A DNA stretch of 64,000 nt from a virus. Shown here one piece after another: positions 29,121-38,261 of the stretch (position 1 is its first letter; each line of letters starts with the position of its first letter). The translations under genes were made by a program, and so were the position numbers. Location of the stretch: positions 149 through 64,148 of IMG/VR virus record IMGVR_UViG_3300008227_000003, one strand, 5' to 3'. The notes beneath the pieces were generated by a model. The model did no database searches, had not been told where the DNA came from, and saw only the letters and a program-made list of their open reading frames with translations.

Positions 29121-29610
29121 CTAAATAGCTACAGAATTAAATACACAAACCCGCTCATGCGAATGAGATGGAAGACTGCTTGTTAAAAGTGCAAGAGGCT
29201 ATTTGATCGCGTCCCGTTTTAAAGGTGCCGTGAAATACAATACGCCAGGATTACACGTGTTTTGCCACGTAACCGCTTAGCCAGAGTGCTATAAAAATGT
29301 AAACTACACTAATGGATTTGAACAAAGTTCGTGAAGAGGTTTAGCATTGTCATATGTTTGACAGAAATTGTAACAAAGTAAGGTAGGCCGGTGTCACCCG
29401 TACGAAGTTTTATTTAATCGGTTCCTTTTGGTAGTTAATATTTTGTGTATTTAATATTATTCTTCAAGCCATAAAGCACCGTTTAGGTGTGGGGGGGATT
29501 ATAAAAATGTTTAATTATATATGCTTCTAAAATTGATCTAAATAGATGTTGGTGAATCAAAAATTTGCTTTAGCTGATTTTTATTTGCTAACATCTCCCT
29601 GAAAGGGCAT
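29121..29610. other. Long non-coding region (candidate ncRNA or replication origin)
   Basis: No ORF >=60 aa in any frame; several short hairpins; AT-rich 3' half; direct repeat TATAAAAATGT at 29290 and 29500. Confidence 0.4.
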
Positions 29611-29639
29611 TTGATTACTATATCTTTTTAATGTATAAT
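29611..29639 (+). promoter_or_regulatory. Sigma70-type promoter for helicase
   Basis: TTGATT-17 nt-TATAAT with TG extension. Confidence 0.7.
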
Positions 29640-29672
29640 ATCTAATATAATTACATAAGAAGAATATAAATC

Positions 29673-31259
29673 ATGCAAAAAAACATATTAGATTTCTGGC
29701 CCTTTCCTGAACTAGAACCAAGAGCATCTCAGGTTACTGCTTTAAACTGGTTAGCCGACACTCAAGACAAAAAATTCCAGATATTGGAAATGCCAGTTGG
29801 TGGGGGTAAATCGTATATTGCATTAACATATGCCAGATACTTAAAACACCAATCAGAGAAAGCATCCTTTATATTAACACCACAGAAGATTCTTCAAAAG
29901 CAATACGAAGACGATTTCAAAGAAAAAGAAACCGTGTCTTTATATGGTAAAGGCAACTACTCATGTGGCAGCAAAGGTACTACATGTGACATTGGTTCTT
30001 TGGTAAAGCCTAGATGTGCATCATGTCCGCATAAAGCCGCAAAAGAAAGCGCAGTTAAATCCGATAACGTAATACTTAATTACAAATTAGCATTAACCGC
30101 ATTTGCATTTACTCAAACATTTACAGAACGCAGCTTGATGATTGCTGATGAGTGTCACACACTCGAGCAGCACCTAGTAAACTTTGATGCATTAATGATC
30201 ACATATGCTAGATGCAAAAAATACAGCATAGATTTCAAGGTACACAAAGACTTAATGTCTGCAATAGAATGGATGTCGGACTATTACATGCCGAAGCTTA
30301 TGCCAATATATACAGCGCTTGAAGTTGAAGTTGAGCATCTAAAAGAACAATCCGGTAACGACTTATCCAGAGCTGATATCAATAAAATCCGTGAATTCGA
30401 CTCATTAACCGAACATGTGGAAGAAAGCCACATGATGATAGCTCGCACAGAAAGCTATGTGGAAGACAATTTTGTGTTAGTGTGGGATAAAACAATGTTC
30501 CAATTCAAGCGCTTAACTGGTGGATATTCATTCAACCGCATACTAAAGCCAATGGCGTCAAACTTCTTGTTTATGTCTTCAACCATATTAAATAAAGATG
30601 GATTCTGTGAAGATTTACAAATACCACAAGAAGAAACAGCATTCCTGTCGCTTGATTCGGAGTTCGATAAAGAAAACAGACCAGTATATTACATGCCTCG
30701 CATGAAGATGAATTATGGGTGGAATAAACCGGAGAATAAAAAGCCTAGAGGTGAAATGATCCAAGATGTACAGTTCTTGCTAGCAAATCACAAAGAAGAA
30801 AGCGGGATCCTACATACAGCCAACTTTCAAGTGGCTCAGTGGCTTACAGAAGAATTAGCAGATGGACCTCATCACATATATCATCACAACCCAGATTCAG
30901 GTGATAGTCGTGATTCCGTTATACACGCATATTTAACAGATACACAACCACGTATACTGATCTCACCATCATCTACAGAGGGTTTGGATCTGAAAGGTGA
31001 GTTAGGTAAATTTGCAATCTTTGTAAAAACACCATATCCGTATTTGGGTGACCAATGGATCAAGAGACGGATGGATATGTCATCCGAATGGTACCAACGA
31101 CAAACCCTAATTGCTATAATTCAAGGAGGGGGACGCGTAGTTAGATCCAAGTCTGATGTGGGATCGGTCTATATTGTCGATGCTAGTTTCGGGTATTTGT
31201 ATAAAACAGCACACCACATGATTCCTAAGTGGTGGAAAGAGTCATACACCGTAATATAA
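29673..31259 (+). CDS. DinG/XPD-family SF2 helicase with Fe-S cluster motif
   Basis: EMPVGGGKS, ILTPQKILQKQY, four Cys (CGSKGTTC..RCASC), DECH, SSTI, EGLDL, QGGGRVVRS. Confidence 0.88.
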   Translation: MQKNILDFWPFPELEPRASQVTALNWLADTQDKKFQILEMPVGGGKSYIALTYARYLKHQSEKASFILTPQKILQKQYEDDFKEKETVSLYGKGNYSCGSKGTTCDIGSLVKPRCASCPHKAAKESAVKSDNVILNYKLALTAFAFTQTFTERSLMIADECHTLEQHLVNFDALMITYARCKKYSIDFKVHKDLMSAIEWMSDYYMPKLMPIYTALEVEVEHLKEQSGNDLSRADINKIREFDSLTEHVEESHMMIARTESYVEDNFVLVWDKTMFQFKRLTGGYSFNRILKPMASNFLFMSSTILNKDGFCEDLQIPQEETAFLSLDSEFDKENRPVYYMPRMKMNYGWNKPENKKPRGEMIQDVQFLLANHKEESGILHTANFQVAQWLTEELADGPHHIYHHNPDSGDSRDSVIHAYLTDTQPRILISPSSTEGLDLKGELGKFAIFVKTPYPYLGDQWIKRRMDMSSEWYQRQTLIAIIQGGGRVVRSKSDVGSVYIVDASFGYLYKTAHHMIPKWWKESYTVI

Positions 31260-31285
31260 GCGAAGTTTGCTGTTGGTATCCCATG

Positions 31286-31293
31286 CATAAATA
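31286..31293 (+). promoter_or_regulatory. Late promoter CATAAATA
   Basis: Upstream of gp26-like gene. Confidence 0.7.
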
Positions 31294-31311
31294 TGTTTTT
31301 AATGTATTTAC

Positions 31312-32262
31312 ATGAGGATGCCAATGGCTACTAAACGAACACCTGCCAAAAAACCACCAAACCAAGCTAAAGTCCAACAAGGATCCATAACGGAAACCGA
31401 GATGCTAGCCGCACACGCGACGGTTGCTCCAGCTGAAAAAACAATCCCAGCACCGGTACCAGCGCAAACACCCATTCCCGAACCAACCGCATCATCCAAT
31501 CCACTGTTGGATAAAATTCGTATGCCTGGTCAAACATATCAGATACCTTCACAAGGCACACTATACACGGATGGTGAATTGGACTCATCTGTGGTAAACG
31601 GTGAACTGCATGTGTATCCGATGACAACTATTGATGAGATCGTTGTTAGAACACCAGATATGCTATTCAGTGGTGATTCAATTGAACAAGTATTCAAACG
31701 ATGCATACCAGGGGTATTGAAACCGAAGGATTTATTTGCAAAGGATGTTGATTTCCTGATGGTGTGTTTACGTCAAGTTTCTTATGGAGATCAGTTCGAT
31801 GTAACGCATACTCACGATTGTCCTGACGCATCAACGAATGAATATGCAATCCAAATGGGACCGTTCATTAAAAACACCAAACAGATTGATCCCACCACGA
31901 TTCACAACAAGTTTCATGTTGTGCTGGACAACGGACAGACTGTCGAATTGTTACCGATCAGATACCGCAATGTTATTAAGATCATGCAGGTATTTGAGGA
32001 TGATATCTCACCGGAACAACAACAAGACAGAATGATTGACACATTGGAGGGGATCATTAAATCCGTTGATGGCATTACAGATACGGACATGATCAAAGAA
32101 TGGTTACAGAAAATACCGATTAAGTGGGCTAACCAGTTATCATCTGCTATCGATGAGACTACGGATTGGGGACCTGATTTTACAACAAAAGTAAAATGTA
32201 AAGATTGTGGTGAGGTGATGGATATCACCATTCCGATGAACCCAGTAAGTTTTTTTATCTAG
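31312..32262 (+). CDS. gp26: gp26-like baseplate hub / tail assembly chaperone
   Basis: YPMTTIDEI...DVDFLMVCLRQVSYG...HDC...TKVKCKDCGE...IPMNPVSFF; start may be 31324 (SD GAGGA). Confidence 0.8.
   Translation: MRMPMATKRTPAKKPPNQAKVQQGSITETEMLAAHATVAPAEKTIPAPVPAQTPIPEPTASSNPLLDKIRMPGQTYQIPSQGTLYTDGELDSSVVNGELHVYPMTTIDEIVVRTPDMLFSGDSIEQVFKRCIPGVLKPKDLFAKDVDFLMVCLRQVSYGDQFDVTHTHDCPDASTNEYAIQMGPFIKNTKQIDPTTIHNKFHVVLDNGQTVELLPIRYRNVIKIMQVFEDDISPEQQQDRMIDTLEGIIKSVDGITDTDMIKEWLQKIPIKWANQLSSAIDETTDWGPDFTTKVKCKDCGEVMDITIPMNPVSFFI
32250..32256 (+). promoter_or_regulatory. Candidate -1 slippery heptamer T TTT TTT
   Basis: In-frame X XXY YYZ two codons before TAG; -1 frame open 32214-32486. Confidence 0.6.
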
Positions 32263-32285
32263 TACTAAAATCTGGCAATCCTGAG

Positions 32286-32486
32286 ATGTACAAGAAAACT
32301 GTGGAGCAAATGCAGTTGGAAATTTCGGGGATTGTTAATTCAATAGTGGAGCTGTCGTGGTATATGAGGGGAGGTCTTCAATACCACGACGCTTTAAATC
32401 TTACACCTGGTGAAAGGGACATTATGCGTTCTTTCATTGACCGTAGGATGGAAAAACTAAAAGATCACTCGTTTCCAGTCTATTAG
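32286..32486 (+). CDS. gp51-like short chaperone segment (probably expressed as frameshift fusion)
   Basis: LSWYMRGGLQYHDALNLTPGERDIMRSFIDRRME; no clear SD before ATG. Confidence 0.7.
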   Translation: MYKKTVEQMQLEISGIVNSIVELSWYMRGGLQYHDALNLTPGERDIMRSFIDRRMEKLKDHSFPVY

Positions 32487-32509
32487 GTTTTAGTACTACC
32501 GCTGATGTG

Positions 32510-33199
32510 TTAAGCAACTCCAAGACGTCTTAGATGTTTACGTTGCTTTTTAGCTGCTTTCTTAGTTTGTTTCTCTGCGTCTTTTGTTTCACGAATAACG
32601 CGATTTTCTGCGTTTACTTCTCGCATGCGAGCCACCACAGCTTCATGCATCTCGATAGCCTTTTCAGCTACATCGTTGGGTTTCTTTGTGAATACCATAA
32701 GAGCGATGAACAACATGACCCAACTTACAATAAGATCTATCCACCCACCCCAATGTTGTGAGAAATGACCAACACACAACATAAGAAATACCATTATCAC
32801 TCCCAATACAAAAGCTCGCAATGTGAATGTTTGTTGTGTTATATAATCGTAACCCTCTGGCCCATAATCAGCACCGATAGCACCTTCTCTCAGAAATACC
32901 ATGTGGAGGTCTTTGTCTCGCTGCATCTTAAAAAAAGCACTCGAAGCCTGTTCCATGTTACACGATTTGAATGCCATTACGAATGTCACCTCGGTTATTA
33001 CCGTCCAACCAAACCAACTAACAGATCCGGAACCGTCGCCAGAAGTATCTACACCAATACCAAACAATTCCCCAACAACAACAATTCCCCAACCCCCCGC
33101 TGCCAATAAAGCTAATACATATACTACACCCGCAAGCAAAACATATCTGTGCAATGCATTAAATCCTTGAATTACTGCATGTTCGTGTGAATCGTTCAT
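32510..33199 (-). CDS. Multi-TM membrane protein with basic C-terminal coiled coil (moron-like)
   Basis: ~4 hydrophobic segments; SD AGAGG; antisense to late operon; own sigma70 promoter. Confidence 0.75.
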   Translation of the reverse strand: MNDSHEHAVIQGFNALHRYVLLAGVVYVLALLAAGGWGIVVVGELFGIGVDTSGDGSGSVSWFGWTVITEVTFVMAFKSCNMEQASSAFFKMQRDKDLHMVFLREGAIGADYGPEGYDYITQQTFTLRAFVLGVIMVFLMLCVGHFSQHWGGWIDLIVSWVMLFIALMVFTKKPNDVAEKAIEMHEAVVARMREVNAENRVIRETKDAEKQTKKAAKKQRKHLRRLGVA

Positions 33200-33233
33200 T
33201 GTGTTTGCCTCTGTATTCGTTTAAGTTGAAGCC

Positions 33234-33262
33234 ACTGTACTATGTATTTTTAATAGGGTCAA
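33234..33262 (-). promoter_or_regulatory. Sigma70-type promoter for 32510..33199
   Basis: TTGACC-17 nt-TACAGT on minus strand. Confidence 0.65.
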
Positions 33263-33290
33263 CAAACCATTTGTTTTGTATGTTGACCGA

Positions 33291-33298
33291 CATAAATA
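33291..33298 (+). promoter_or_regulatory. Late promoter CATAAATA
   Basis: Upstream of tape measure gene. Confidence 0.7.
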
Positions 33299-33327
33299 AC
33301 ACATATAACTAATTTTGGAAAATACTT

Positions 33328-35799
33328 ATGGCATCAGGTGAAATAAATGAAGCGTTATCAGCGATCAACGCATTCGGACTATCATTGAGAAACAGCACAA
33401 AACAATACAGTGCTTTCATCGATAAGATGGAAAACCACAACGATACCGCTTCCGATAGAAGAGAGCTCCGTGCTCAGGAAAACGGGATCAAGGTATTGAA
33501 GAAAACATCCGATGCCTTGGGGGACCTACAAGATAAGTCTGACAAACTCAAAAAAGAAAATGAGATGCAGACAAAAAATTCCAAGAAAACTTCAAAAGAA
33601 TTGAAGAAGTTGGCCAGAGATCTTCACAAAGCATCACCCCAAACGTTTACCAAAGAAATGGTGAAAAGTTTTGATAATGCTGGTAATGATGCTGCTAGTG
33701 TTCGGTCTGCGTTTAATGTGTTGAATGCTGAAATTACCAAAAGTACGAAGGTCACCAACAGCAGAATGCAAACTGATGTCAAAGCGATGAAGCAGACATA
33801 TCAAGCGACGCAAGCGTTGAAGGATAGGACCGCAGCACTAAAATCGTCAGTTAAGGGGTTGTTTACTTTTGAACGCGGCATGACTGCGATAACAGCATCA
33901 CTAAAACGTAGTTTCGACCAATTGGAATATGCCCAACAAAAACAAATTGGCATGTATAGTATTATCGGAGAGGGGATAAAATCGTCAGCTCTGAAGATGG
34001 GGCTGGCTCCCGAAGAAATGCAGAAATTTGTTGGAGAGAATAAAAATCTATTCCTATCAATGCAGGAGGATTATACTAGCGTAAACGACGCTGTCCGACA
34101 AAACGTTAGCATGTTGACCGCTGAGCGTGATGGACGTGAAAGTTTAATGGATATGACCTACAAACTGACGGGGTCGTATGCCGGTGCATCGCAGTTAATG
34201 GGTACTTCAATGGATATTTTGAAGGGGTTTGGTGAGAAGGTGGGCCTGAATGATATCGCTGATCAATCCGAAATAATGATAAATCAATTTGCCAAACTCG
34301 GGCGAATGTCCAATAAAACCACATCCGAAGTCGCATCAATGACACAAAAGATGTTGGGTAGTGAGGCCGTTCGTAATAAGATGCTGAAGATGCAAACCGT
34401 CCAAGAGCGAAAAGCGTATAAAGATAGCATTCTTAAGGAAGCAGAGCGAAACAAAAAACTTGGTATTTCGCTAGAATCCACATTTGCAATGGCAGAGAAA
34501 GCTGCAGGATTAAGCGATCGGGGTGTGATGGATAGGATGAAAGAGTCCATGGTAGTCGCAATGGTTGCCGCTCAATCCGGTATGAGTGGTAAGGATGCAG
34601 ACAGGTTGCGTCAACTGGATATGATGGTTGGCAAGGATGGAGATCAACAAAAAGAATACAACACATTGTTGGGACAGATGAACAGCAGGATAGCTGACAT
34701 TCGGGGTAAAAACGATCCAGCATCACTGGCACAAGCTGCCGCACTTGAGCACCTAATCGCAAAAATGCCGAAGGTAAACGAATTTGCACAAACGATAGCA
34801 AAGGAAACAGAATTTGGAGCGGGCAAGGGAACGAAAGATCCAGGCGAAGACACGCTACAAACGATACCGAAATTCCTACAAGAGATAAAACAGTTATGGG
34901 ATTCGTATGCTCGACCACTGATAGCTGATCCAGTGGTTTCTGCTATCGGTGGATTAGTTGGGGTGTTAACGGATTTATTGGGACCGATATTGACTTCCGT
35001 TGGTGGCATATGGGGAGCGCTCAAGATGTTCAAAGGTGGACAAGGTCTGGCCAGCGGTATAGCGTCGAAAGTGGCTGACTTGGCAAATGGTGCAAAATCC
35101 AGGGTCGGTGGGATGGTAACTGCAGCAAAAAATGCAGGTGGAGGCTTAGTACAGAAAGCAGCAGAATTAGCATCGAAAGCCATGCAATCGGTAAAAAGCA
35201 TCGGATCTCAAGTTGTTCAGCATGGAAAGAATTTGGTTCCTTCGTTGTGGGGTGTACTGAAGAATTTTGCCAAGAGTTTGTTTAGACGACTACCGATAGC
35301 TATAGCAGCAGCGATAGGGTTGAAGCTTGGTGATATTGCAGGCCCAAAAGTTAGACAAGGCATTGAGGCCATTGACAAGAAGTTGGGAACGGATGCGTGG
35401 GGATCTGTTGTGGATACAGTTGGAAAATCAGTTCATGATACTGTTGGATTGGTTGATAGAGTTGCTAATTTTATTTCTGGGGGGGATGCAGCGACTCCCG
35501 TTGCTGCGGGAGTTGGTCCTGTCATTGCTGATGGATCTGCTGTCACCAATCAACAAGTGCAGCAAGCACCAGCAAACCAAACCGTGACACAATTAACCGA
35601 ATTAAACGCCAAGATATCCGAACAGAATGCAATGATGCTTAAACAAATTGAAGCTGCTATGGAAGCATCTCTGGGCATCACAAAAATGAACAAAACCATA
35701 GAAGATACCAGCTTTAAGCAGCAAGAAAGCTTAGATGAGCAGAACGATTTATTAAATGAGAATTCTCAGTTTGGCGAGGTTCAACAGAAGGTTAAATAA
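33328..35799 (+). CDS. Tape measure protein (823 aa)
   Basis: Long helical Ala/Lys/Gly/Met-rich ORF, hydrophobic Gly-rich segments near C-term, downstream of chaperone pair. Confidence 0.75.
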   Translation: MASGEINEALSAINAFGLSLRNSTKQYSAFIDKMENHNDTASDRRELRAQENGIKVLKKTSDALGDLQDKSDKLKKENEMQTKNSKKTSKELKKLARDLHKASPQTFTKEMVKSFDNAGNDAASVRSAFNVLNAEITKSTKVTNSRMQTDVKAMKQTYQATQALKDRTAALKSSVKGLFTFERGMTAITASLKRSFDQLEYAQQKQIGMYSIIGEGIKSSALKMGLAPEEMQKFVGENKNLFLSMQEDYTSVNDAVRQNVSMLTAERDGRESLMDMTYKLTGSYAGASQLMGTSMDILKGFGEKVGLNDIADQSEIMINQFAKLGRMSNKTTSEVASMTQKMLGSEAVRNKMLKMQTVQERKAYKDSILKEAERNKKLGISLESTFAMAEKAAGLSDRGVMDRMKESMVVAMVAAQSGMSGKDADRLRQLDMMVGKDGDQQKEYNTLLGQMNSRIADIRGKNDPASLAQAAALEHLIAKMPKVNEFAQTIAKETEFGAGKGTKDPGEDTLQTIPKFLQEIKQLWDSYARPLIADPVVSAIGGLVGVLTDLLGPILTSVGGIWGALKMFKGGQGLASGIASKVADLANGAKSRVGGMVTAAKNAGGGLVQKAAELASKAMQSVKSIGSQVVQHGKNLVPSLWGVLKNFAKSLFRRLPIAIAAAIGLKLGDIAGPKVRQGIEAIDKKLGTDAWGSVVDTVGKSVHDTVGLVDRVANFISGGDAATPVAAGVGPVIADGSAVTNQQVQQAPANQTVTQLTELNAKISEQNAMMLKQIEAAMEASLGITKMNKTIEDTSFKQQESLDEQNDLLNENSQFGEVQQKVK

Positions 35800-35817
35800 C
35801 CCCTCTGTCGTACCTTA

Positions 35818-35825
35818 GATAAATA
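35818..35825 (+). promoter_or_regulatory. Late promoter GATAAATA
   Basis: Upstream of portal. Confidence 0.65.
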
Positions 35826-35859
35826 CAACAATAACAACAAACACGAGACTTAGTATAAA

Positions 35860-37503
35860 ATGACAGAAGCAGCTAAATGGTCCGGATACTTTAAAGTCGT
35901 ATCTCCACAAAACGCAACCGTTAAAATGACGGATAGCCAAGAAATGGCAGATGCGGGTGCATACAATAATTACACCTGGTACCAACGATTAATACAGGGA
36001 TCGGCGTCGAGAATGACTCGATACCGCGAATACGAATTGATGGACAATGATATTGAAGTATCGCGTGCATTGGATACGATCGCAGAAGAAATGACAGGGA
36101 ATGCACCAAAATCTAAGGAACCGTTGATAATTGACATTTTATCCGAAGATGAAGATAACATTGATAGTACTGCAGTATTAACTATTAAAGCAGCACTGCG
36201 TCGATGGGGACAAATCCACAAATTCCAAAACCGGTTATATCGTATTGCTCGGATGACGGTGAAGTATGGAGATTTGTTTTTCCGTAAACAAAAAACACCA
36301 TACGACCAATGGGTATTCATTCATCCAAATAACGTTGTTGCTGCTATCGTAGATGTTGATGATGCTACTAAAATTGTCGCATGGCAAATAAAGACAGATA
36401 TCAAAAAGCCTAAAGCTGGTGGGTATGGTCTACCGATGGGCTCAAAAGAAACAACTCAACATGAGACAGAAATCATATCAGCAAAGGAAATCGTTAGGTT
36501 TTCGCTGAATGATGATATGTCAGATACCCAACCGTTTGGTGAGTCTGTACTACGACCAGTATACCGATCTCACAAGCAAAAGGAATTGTTGGAAGATGCT
36601 ATCATTATATACCGTGTTCAACGTGCGCCTGAAAGACGTGTATTCTACATTGATGTTGGTAAAATGCCTCCACAGCGTGTTAAACAGTACTTGGAAGGTA
36701 TCAAAAACGAAATCAAACAAAAGAAAGTACCTACACAAAATGGTGGGCAGTCCGAGATTGATTCTGTATACAATCCACAATCAATGTCAGAGGATTTCTT
36801 CTTTGCTTCGCGTCCGGATGGGCGGGGGTCACGTGTTGATACGCTACCTGGTGGACAGGGTCTGGGTGAGCTATCTGATTTGGAATACTTCCAACGTAAG
36901 GTTTGGCGTGGCTTGAAAGTACCAACATCGTACATGATTGAACAGCAAGAGGGTGGTCAAATATGGAACGATGGTAAGGTTGGAATCGCGTATATACAAG
37001 AATTGCGGTTCTCGTTGTACGTTGAACGGTTACAAGGACACCTCGAAGAAACATTAGACGCTGAGTTTAAAATGTTTTTACGACAAAATCAAATCAATGT
37101 TGATGAGTCTATGTATCGTGTTATGCTACCTGAACCTTCTAACTTCGGCAAGTATAAACAATTGGAATTGGACGGGGCGTTATTGAGTACGTACGGCTCG
37201 GCAGATGGTATTTCTTACCTATCACCACGATTCACTATGAAGCGATTCTTACAGATGACTGATGAAGAAATCATCACAAACGAACGAATGAAACGTGAAG
37301 AAATGGGTCTGGATGTTGAGGGTGGTAATGAAGATTTGAAAGCCCTATATGGTGACATGGGAGCTGACGCTGGCGGCATGGGAGGCAGCATGGGAGGTGG
37401 CTTCGGTGGTGCTGACCTTGGATTAGGTGCAGATACAGCAGGTGCAGAAGGTGGTGGAGATCCAGCTGGAGGCTCGGGTGATGGAGCTGGAGCAGCTATA
37501 TAA
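35860..37503 (+). CDS. gp20: Portal protein gp20
   Basis: LLEDAIIIYRVQRAPERRVFYIDVGKMP...EDFFF..R..GRGSRVDTLPGGQGLGELSDLEYF..K..GLKVP. Confidence 0.97.
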   Translation: MTEAAKWSGYFKVVSPQNATVKMTDSQEMADAGAYNNYTWYQRLIQGSASRMTRYREYELMDNDIEVSRALDTIAEEMTGNAPKSKEPLIIDILSEDEDNIDSTAVLTIKAALRRWGQIHKFQNRLYRIARMTVKYGDLFFRKQKTPYDQWVFIHPNNVVAAIVDVDDATKIVAWQIKTDIKKPKAGGYGLPMGSKETTQHETEIISAKEIVRFSLNDDMSDTQPFGESVLRPVYRSHKQKELLEDAIIIYRVQRAPERRVFYIDVGKMPPQRVKQYLEGIKNEIKQKKVPTQNGGQSEIDSVYNPQSMSEDFFFASRPDGRGSRVDTLPGGQGLGELSDLEYFQRKVWRGLKVPTSYMIEQQEGGQIWNDGKVGIAYIQELRFSLYVERLQGHLEETLDAEFKMFLRQNQINVDESMYRVMLPEPSNFGKYKQLELDGALLSTYGSADGISYLSPRFTMKRFLQMTDEEIITNERMKREEMGLDVEGGNEDLKALYGDMGADAGGMGGSMGGGFGGADLGLGADTAGAEGGGDPAGGSGDGAGAAI

Positions 37504-37529
37504 AAAACCCACACAAAATATTATTACCA

Positions 37530-37537
37530 CATAAATA
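37530..37537 (+). promoter_or_regulatory. Late promoter CATAAATA
   Basis: Upstream of core genes. Confidence 0.7.
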
Positions 37538-37551
37538 GGAGCGAAGAACTA

Positions 37552-37707
37552 ATGGAAGATGCAAATGCTAACTTAACTGATATGATTGACAGTCTTATTG
37601 ATAATAAGCCTGAGCAAGCAGAGCAGTGTTTTCATGATTATCTGAAACCAAAACTACAATCGACTGTCCAGGCTACTGAACCTGACGATACAAACAAGGA
37701 ACACTAA
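37552..37707 (+). CDS. Small prohead core protein (gp67/68-like, 51 aa)
   Basis: Below ORF-track cutoff; MEDANANLTDMIDSLIDNKPEQAEQCFHDYLKPKL...; SD AGGAG; T4 synteny portal-67-68-21. Confidence 0.7.
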   Translation: MEDANANLTDMIDSLIDNKPEQAEQCFHDYLKPKLQSTVQATEPDDTNKEH

Positions 37708-37708
37708 A

Positions 37709-38149
37709 ATGAGTACAACACAACAACTATCGTACATCCAAAGCATGGTTGAAGATTTAATTAACGAAAATGCTGAATCTTCACAAATAAACTTTCACGC
37801 ATACCTACAAGAAAAAGCGCGCGAAATCGTGTTGGGTGAGACGTGTGATGAAGATGAAGACGATGAAGACGACAAAGACAAAGATGATGAAGATGAAGAT
37901 GATGAAGATGAAGACGAAAAAGTTGACGAAGGATTCTCACAACCATCCGAAGGTTCTATGTCAAAGAAGGTTGGTAAAATCCAATACAAAAAAGGTGGTA
38001 AGAAATCAGCTAAAACAACTGAGCCTTGCCCGAAAGTTGGTAAAATCAATTATAAAACAAATGGTAAATCCAAAGCAAAAACTGCTGAGCCTATCAAAAA
38101 GCCAGTTAAATTTGCAGATGGCCGCGACTATGGTCTAGGTACTACTTAA
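37709..38149 (+). CDS. Prohead core protein (gp67/68-like) with acidic tract and Lys-rich tail
   Basis: Between portal and protease; D/E tract; KVGKI repeat. Confidence 0.7.
   Translation: MSTTQQLSYIQSMVEDLINENAESSQINFHAYLQEKAREIVLGETCDEDEDDEDDKDKDDEDEDDEDEDEKVDEGFSQPSEGSMSKKVGKIQYKKGGKKSAKTTEPCPKVGKINYKTNGKSKAKTAEPIKKPVKFADGRDYGLGTT
37847..37921 (+). repeat. Low-complexity GAT/GAA/GAC coding repeat (poly-D/E)
   Basis: gatgaagatgaagacgatgaagac... inside 37709..38149. Confidence 0.8.
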
Positions 38150-38175
38150 TATACTCGTTATTGGGTAATTAACGG

Positions 38176-38206
38176 AAAGGGAAGTTGTAATGACTTCCCT
38201 TTTTTT
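38176..38206 (+). terminator. Rho-independent terminator
   Basis: AAAGGGAAGT/ACTTCCCTTT stem + T run. Confidence 0.85.
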
Positions 38207-38225
38207 GTGTCTATCACTAAGTTAG

Positions 38226-38233
38226 TATAAATA
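38226..38233 (+). promoter_or_regulatory. Late promoter TATAAATA
   Basis: Upstream of gp21. Confidence 0.75.
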
Positions 38234-38261
38234 CTAAAAATATATCATAGGAATTAATATT

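Noticed and set aside
29380-29430. GCCGGTGTC..CGTACG..GGTTC resembling group II intron domain V
   Set aside because: Stem does not pair as DV, no 5' GTGCG, and no interrupted gene flanks it
37847-37921. GAT/GAA tandem repeat as a possible DNA-level repeat system
   Set aside because: Explained by a poly-Asp/Glu coding tract; similar tract at the scaffold C-terminus
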